Both the position numbers and the translations under genes were made by a program. Source: Octopus vulgaris (taxonomy: Eukaryota). From it: DNA of 64,000 nt. Positions 57,724 to 64,000 of this stretch are shown here, one piece after another. Location of the stretch: assembly GCA_951406725.2 (NCBI GenBank), contig OX597830.1, positions 36,084,001-36,148,000 of the forward strand. The letters run 5' to 3'. Every line of letters begins with the position of its first letter. Positions within the stretch are counted from its first letter, which is position 1. The notes below the pieces were generated by a model, which made no database searches, had not been told where the DNA came from, and saw only the letters and a list, made by a program, of their open reading frames with translations.

Positions 57724-59093
57724 TGTATGTATGAATATCTGTATATATGTATGCATGTAGTGTAGTGTATGTGTGTATGCATGAATATAAGTAATTAGAT
57801 AGATAGTTAGATTATAGCCACAAGACTTAGACTAAGAAGAAAGAAATTGTATAAAAAGTAATAAGCAAAAGGAAAATGAAAGTAAAAATAGTCATTTGGA
57901 AAAGAAAATGCTGAATCTAATAGGAGTATGAGTTTGAATTTAATGAATTTAATAAACCGTACGTACACATAGATCTGAATGACGCTTATTATTTCCATTA
58001 ATCACCTACTACCAAATATCTTTCTCTATTCTTTCAACTGCAGTTGATCTACGAGCAAATCCGTACAAAAAGATCGTTCATATATCTGTATATCTGTTTG
58101 TAAACACACGTGCACATACGAACATATACGCAGAGAGAAGCACAGAGATATATACACGCGTACACATATAAATACACACATATATAATTGTGCTCGTGCA
58201 CACTTAGTTTGTGCGAGCTTCCCCGAGGAAGTTCAATGGAATAGTTGAGGTTTTGGTTTTGACTTGAACGAATTCACATCTGTGGGGCGGCAATATGTGG
58301 CTACCACGAAGCTATGTCCCATCTCTGGCAAATAGTTTAAGCACCTCTATATTCAGAAGTGATAACAAAGGAACATGTCAATAGAATAAAGCACAGTAAC
58401 TGAAAAATAGTATAGAGAAGAAACTTTAGGTAGAGCTGAGCAGCAGAAGTTCTTCAGAAAAACCCCGACCCATGCAAGCGTTTTAGCACTTAACTCTTTA
58501 ACTCTAAGGGGGTCGGGCCACATCTTAAGTAAGACTCTTGAATGCCCCTCAACTGTCTCATTTTCTGCTGTTGTCTGCATTTCTATCCTCTTAGAGGGTC
58601 AAGTTGCCACAAACCCAAGGTATTTGGATATTGTAACCAGCTCAGTCGAAGATATCACGCCGATTGACTGCTGGTAAATTATACCTTTTGACATTCACTT
58701 CCAGTCATCCTTTTTATATGCCTGTATGTGCAGTTCATAATTCTATAAGCATGAATATCACTTTCTATGTATGTGTACGTGTATATATGTATATATGAAG
58801 AGATTGCATATTTATTCTCTCTCAAGACAACTCACTTGTATAACAGCCAGATAATTCGAAAATTCGCAATTTTCACGTGACCCTCCTACGTTAATTTTTA
58901 ATCGTAAACTCCAGAAAGACTCGTATTTCACTTTGTACAAGAAACGAGTCCTCTGATTTGAAATCAGTTTGGTAAGTGTCAAGCAAAGAAACATCAAATC
59001 TTGAGTCGCATTTGCAACTTTTTGGGAGATTCATAATAAACACATACAGATACTCATGTGCTAGCTCTATTGCTCCAGTTTTCTAGTATATGT

Positions 59094-59132
<39 letters not shown>

Positions 59133-59177
59133 TGTATGTGTGTGTGCGCGTGTGTACGTGTGTATGTGAGTGTGTAT

Positions 59178-59241
<64 letters not shown>

Positions 59242-59344
59242 TTAATAAGGCTGAGAGAATTAGATACTAATTTAATAGTATATCCATTCAACACCAAGTG
59301 GCCCAGTGCTAGAGTGACCCATATAGTGACCACTCTCTTATATT

Positions 59345-59390
<46 letters not shown>

Positions 59391-59695
59391 GGAGGGCAAT
59401 GGCCCAGTGGTTAGGGCAGCGGACTCGCGGTCGGAGGATCGCGGTTTTGATTCCCAGACTGGATGTTGTGTGTCTTTATTGAACGAAAACACCTAAAAGC
59501 TCTACGAGGATCCGGCAGGAGGGGGGCGACCCCTGTTGTACTCTTTCGCCCCAACTTTCTCTCACTCTTTCGTCTTATTTCTTGAGTAACGCTGCGATGG
59601 ACTGGCGTCCCGTCCAGATGGGGGGAACACATGCGCCATAGAAACCGGGAAACCTGGCCCATGAACCTGGCTAGGCTTGAAAAGGGCGCATAGCT
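59391..59695 (+). mobile_element. Family B SINE head/body with a V-domain-like tail
   Basis: Head as at 37856 (GGCCCAGTGGTTAGGGCAGCGGACTCGCGG). Tail contains GCGATGGACTGGCGTCCCGTCCAG. Confidence 0.85.
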
Positions 59696-59738
59696 AATAA
59701 TATATATATATACACATATATATATACATATATACATG

Positions 59739-59778
<40 letters not shown>

Positions 59779-59788
59779 TATATATATA

Positions 59789-59897
59789 TCCTGCTCGCTT
59801 AGCTAGCGGGGTGGCGTCATTCGAAGGCTAAAACAATGCTTACGCATTGTGACCAGCGATGTGTAAAAACGTCTCATGGTCTGGTCGGTCACGTGAT

Positions 59898-59905
<8 letters not shown>
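59789..59905 (+). mobile_element. Family B SINE tail fragment
   Basis: Reverse complement of 37565-37662 (cctgctcgcttagc.agcggggtg...ggtcggtcacg). Confidence 0.8.
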
Positions 59906-59952
<47 letters not shown>

Positions 59953-60444
59953 CACAAACACATACACATATACATATATACATATTATCTAAAGCTTATT
60001 TCAGGTCATATGCCTGGACCAAGTTTGTTAGCTTCTTTTCCATCGGTTCTTCGATAACTATATAGACCTGACTTTGTTTTAACTTTTCTTTTCCAAACGT
60101 AGCACGGAATTTTGTCAAGGACCTCATTAACAGTGCTCTTCTTTTGCATTCGTCTAATTTGTATATGTGTGTGTGTGTGCGTGTGCGTATGGTTGTATGT
60201 ATATGTGCGTGTGTGTATTTTTCTGTGTTTGTGTTTGTCTACGTGTGTGTATGTGTATGTGTCCACTGTGAACCAGTATCTATACAAATGTTTGTGCAAA
60301 TGACACATACGCACATACCTTATACTTCGGGACATGTCCTTGGCACACAGTTATGTACGCCTGACTCTGCGTTCTGCGCATGTCACTTGACAAGTATATT
60401 AGATATATATAAATGTGTCTACATGTTTGCATATGTGGTTGTGT

Positions 60445-60467
60445 ATATACACATATATATATATGCA

Positions 60468-60505
<38 letters not shown>

Positions 60506-60809
60506 CATATATATATATATGTATATATATATATACATATATACATGTATGTATATATATATATACATGTGTATATATATATATGAATATATATATATAA
60601 ATATATACAAATATATACATACATATATATATGTATATATATACACATATATATATATGCATATATATATATATGTATATATATATATACATATATACAT
60701 GTATGTATATATTTGTATATATTTATATATATATATTCATATATATATACACATATATATATATATTCATATACATATATATATACAAATATATACGTAT
60801 GTATATATA

Positions 60810-60840
<31 letters not shown>

Positions 60841-60945
60841 ATATATACATATATATACAATATATATACATACATATACATATATACATATGTATGTGCG
60901 TACGTATGTGTGAATATCTACACATATATGTATATACGTATCTAT
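60445..60945. repeat. Long degenerate (TA)n/(TATG)n tract with internal block duplications
   Basis: Directly visible; representative of dozens of (TA)n/(CA)n tracts across the window. Confidence 0.9.
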
Positions 60946-61136
60946 ATTTGTCTATGTGCGTGTGTATGTATGTGTGCGTGTGATGAGTGCGTGTGCGTTA
61001 TTTCAGGGCGAATCAGTCCTTTAGAAATGATGCACGCATACAAAGAGACATCACTTAAACATGTGGATGCGTTCTTTTCATTAGTGCTTTTCAATATTAA
61101 TCGTGTGATCCTTATAGACAAACATAAAGCAATATG

Positions 61137-61216
<80 letters not shown>

Positions 61217-61896
61217 GACAGACAGACAAACAAACAGACAGACAGACAGATAGACATAGAGAGAAAATGGGAGGGGAGGTAAAGGAATATATATATATTG
61301 GGTTTTGTTGCTTTGTTTAACCCCAGGTCAGCACCTGATGCAGTACATCTACGATGAACGACATTACATCCTGCTTATCCTGGCTTCATATTTTCATAGA
61401 TAATTTACCGAGGACAGTGTTGTCGATTGTGTCCTATTTTTTATAATACGACAGTGTATGAATTAATGAAGATTTAGCGGCCTTTTTAACATGACGAGTG
61501 ATTATGTCAAGGTTAATTCTCTGGATCGATGGATAATTTGTTAATACCATACCGAGATCACATAACACATTGCCAAGCGAACTAATGAATGTAAATAGGA
61601 AAATACGTTTAAGTTTTAATATCTGTTGTCCAACCACCCGGTCAGCAGTAGGACAATAGATCGGAACTCCAATTGAGAGTTTTCCTTGGATGCATCAGGA
61701 TTTGAAACATTTGAGCTCGGTAAATTCTACATTTCCGAGTCTGTATAAAATATGCCTTGGTCTTATCAATTACGTGCTATGTTTATTTCCTAGTCTATGA
61801 GTTTCCGGGTGAATTGAAACAGAGAGAGACAATTTCCCCGATGTCTTGTTCTGAATGGATGTTGATGATGAAGGAAGCGATATATAAACGTCTTCA

Positions 61897-62477
61897 AAGC
61901 GGCGAGCTGGCAGAAACGTTAGCACGCCGGGCGAAATGCTTAGCGGTATTTCGTCTGCCGCTACGTTCTGAGTTCAAATTCCGCCGAGGTCGACTTTGCC
62001 TTTCATCCTTTCGGGATCGATTAAATAAGTACCAGTTACGCACTGGTGTTGATATAATCGACTTAATCCCTTTGTCTGTCCTTGTTTGTCCTCTCTGTGT
62101 TTAGCCCCTTGTGGGTAGTAAAGAAATAGGTATTTCGTCTGCCGCTACGTTCTGAGTTCAAATTCCGCCGAGGTTGACTTTGCCTTTCATCCTTTCGGGG
62201 TCGATTAAATAAGTACTAGTTACGCACTGGTGTCGATATAATCTCCTTAATCCGTTTGTCTGTCCTTGTTTGTCCTCTCTATGTTTAACCCCTTGTGGGT
62301 AGTAAAGAAATAGATATTTCGTCTGTCTTTATATTCTGAGTTCAAATTCCGCCGAGGCCGATCTTGCCTTTCATCCTTTCGCGTTCGATAAATTAAGTAC
62401 CAGTTGCGTACTAGGGTCAATCTAATCGACTGACCCCTTCCCCAAACATGTCGGGCCTTATGCCTAGAGTAGAAAAG
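61897..62477 (+). mobile_element. SINE family A, three-unit multimer with TSD
   Basis: One head, then an ~184-bp body starting at ~61946, ~62130 and ~62314. Flanked by GATATATAA(A/G)CGT(C/G)TTCA at 61879-61896 and 62478-62495. Confidence 0.92.
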
Positions 62478-62839
62478 GATATATAAGCGTGTTCACTGGT
62501 ACAGGATTATAATTTCTTCAGTTGCTATTTGGGAAGCAGTGTTATTCCTAACCCAATCAGAAAACAAAATAAAGACATCCTCCCACTCATCCACAATCAT
62601 CACACGGCATTCATCTGTTATCTTGCCAATAATACAGACATCTTTTGTTCATTCAATAACTAGGGCCATTTATGACGGGTATACAGTAATATTTTAATCC
62701 TTTAAAGTTAACCGTTAATCCTAGTTGTTTTTAATATTTAATCTGTTCGCAAATCCTCGCCAAAAGATTCTAAATCACTGCCATGAATACTCCTGAATGT
62801 TTCAAGCAGTCTACGAAATTTTTTCCTCTCTCACTCACT

Positions 62840-62894
<55 letters not shown>

Positions 62895-62953
62895 AGTATA
62901 TGCCTACATACATACATACATACATACATACAGACAGACAGACAGACAGACAT

Positions 62954-62991
<38 letters not shown>

Positions 62992-63614
62992 GTGTACAGT
63001 ATTTATATATATATAAATGTATATACAGTATATACATATACGCATATATGAACTATACCGATATATATACAAATGGGAAAATTACACTTGAATATATATA
63101 TATGTATAAATATGTGTGTATGTATATATATATACACACATACATTTATATATTACATACATACATACATACATAGAATACATGCTTTTGTGTACACATG
63201 CTTATATACAAACATGCCAATATATCTACATGCAACAAAATATATTCACAAATATTCACACATACAAGTACACATACCAATAAACAAAAAAAAAATATAA
63301 GGATTGTTAGCACAATCTTTTCCACCTTAATAGTTTCTAGCGAAGTTTTCTTCATTATAGTTTTTCACCGCATTTTTTCCCCACTATATATTTTCTCTCT
63401 GCCACATTCTTAATTTTTCATCTTTTTTGTGTTTCCATGACAACTGTTTAAAGCAAGAAACTGTGTGAAGACCATCAATTATCTTTAGATTTAGTCTCGT
63501 AATGTTCTCATATTTTAACCTATTTGTGAAGCACCGTATTTCGTTGTATTTATTTCTGACCGTTTTTAATAATTTGTATCCACACTAATTGTATTCATTA
63601 TAGTATATGTACGC

Positions 63615-63679
<65 letters not shown>

Positions 63680-63680
63680 C

Positions 63681-63722
<42 letters not shown>

Positions 63723-64000
63723 ATTTATATATGTATATATGCATGTGTGTGTGTGTGTGTGTATGCATGTTTGTGTCTGCGTTCGTTTATATGTGTGTGT
63801 GTGTTTGTGGGTTGCGTCTGAGTGCGTGTAGATTAATTGCATACAAAATATAGGTTTTTTTTTGTAGTGTGGAGAGTCTTTTTTAATCTTTAGATTTGAC
63901 TGGAGTAACACGAAATAATATACATCTTGTCTGATGTTGAACTGAGCTGTAAATGATTTAAATGGTTTCTCTTAGGCTAAAGAAGCTTTGAATTCCTTAT

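Noticed and set aside
59391-59470. tRNA gene-like sequences here and at 7898, 10837, 37780 and 52470
   Set aside because: A/B boxes run into repeat bodies, with no acceptor stem or terminator; these are SINE heads, not tRNAs.
61946-62477. Regularly spaced repeats suggesting a CRISPR array (also 19178-19540)
   Set aside because: Whole units repeat without unique spacers, there are no cas genes, and the context is eukaryotic.

Overview
AT-rich eukaryotic, essentially non-coding DNA. Its repeat content looks like an Octopus (coleoid cephalopod) genome; this is inferred from the SINE types and the extreme microsatellite load. I recognise no intact host protein-coding gene, and almost all ORFs in the track are translations of (TA)n, (CA)n, (GATA)n, (ATT)n or (GAT)n microsatellites. 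The window holds 5'-truncated LINEs (a Tx1/L1-type inside (GATA)n, an R4/Dong-type inside (ATT)n, plus RTE and CR1/L2-like relics), a Tc1 transposase relic, a non-autonomous Helitron, a Helentron-like element, a MITE and many tRNA-derived SINEs. The most notable signal is at least four unrelated short repeat families carrying minimal type-I hammerhead ribozyme motifs of the Penelope kind. One appears to be a tRNA-headed SINE with a hammerhead tail, inserted with an inverted partial 3' copy (52.4-52.9 kb, related locus at 16.3-16.6 kb). Two short candidate spliced exons (about 30.28 kb and 49.17 kb) are weakly supported. All family assignments were made by eye, and boundaries of degenerate elements are approximate.
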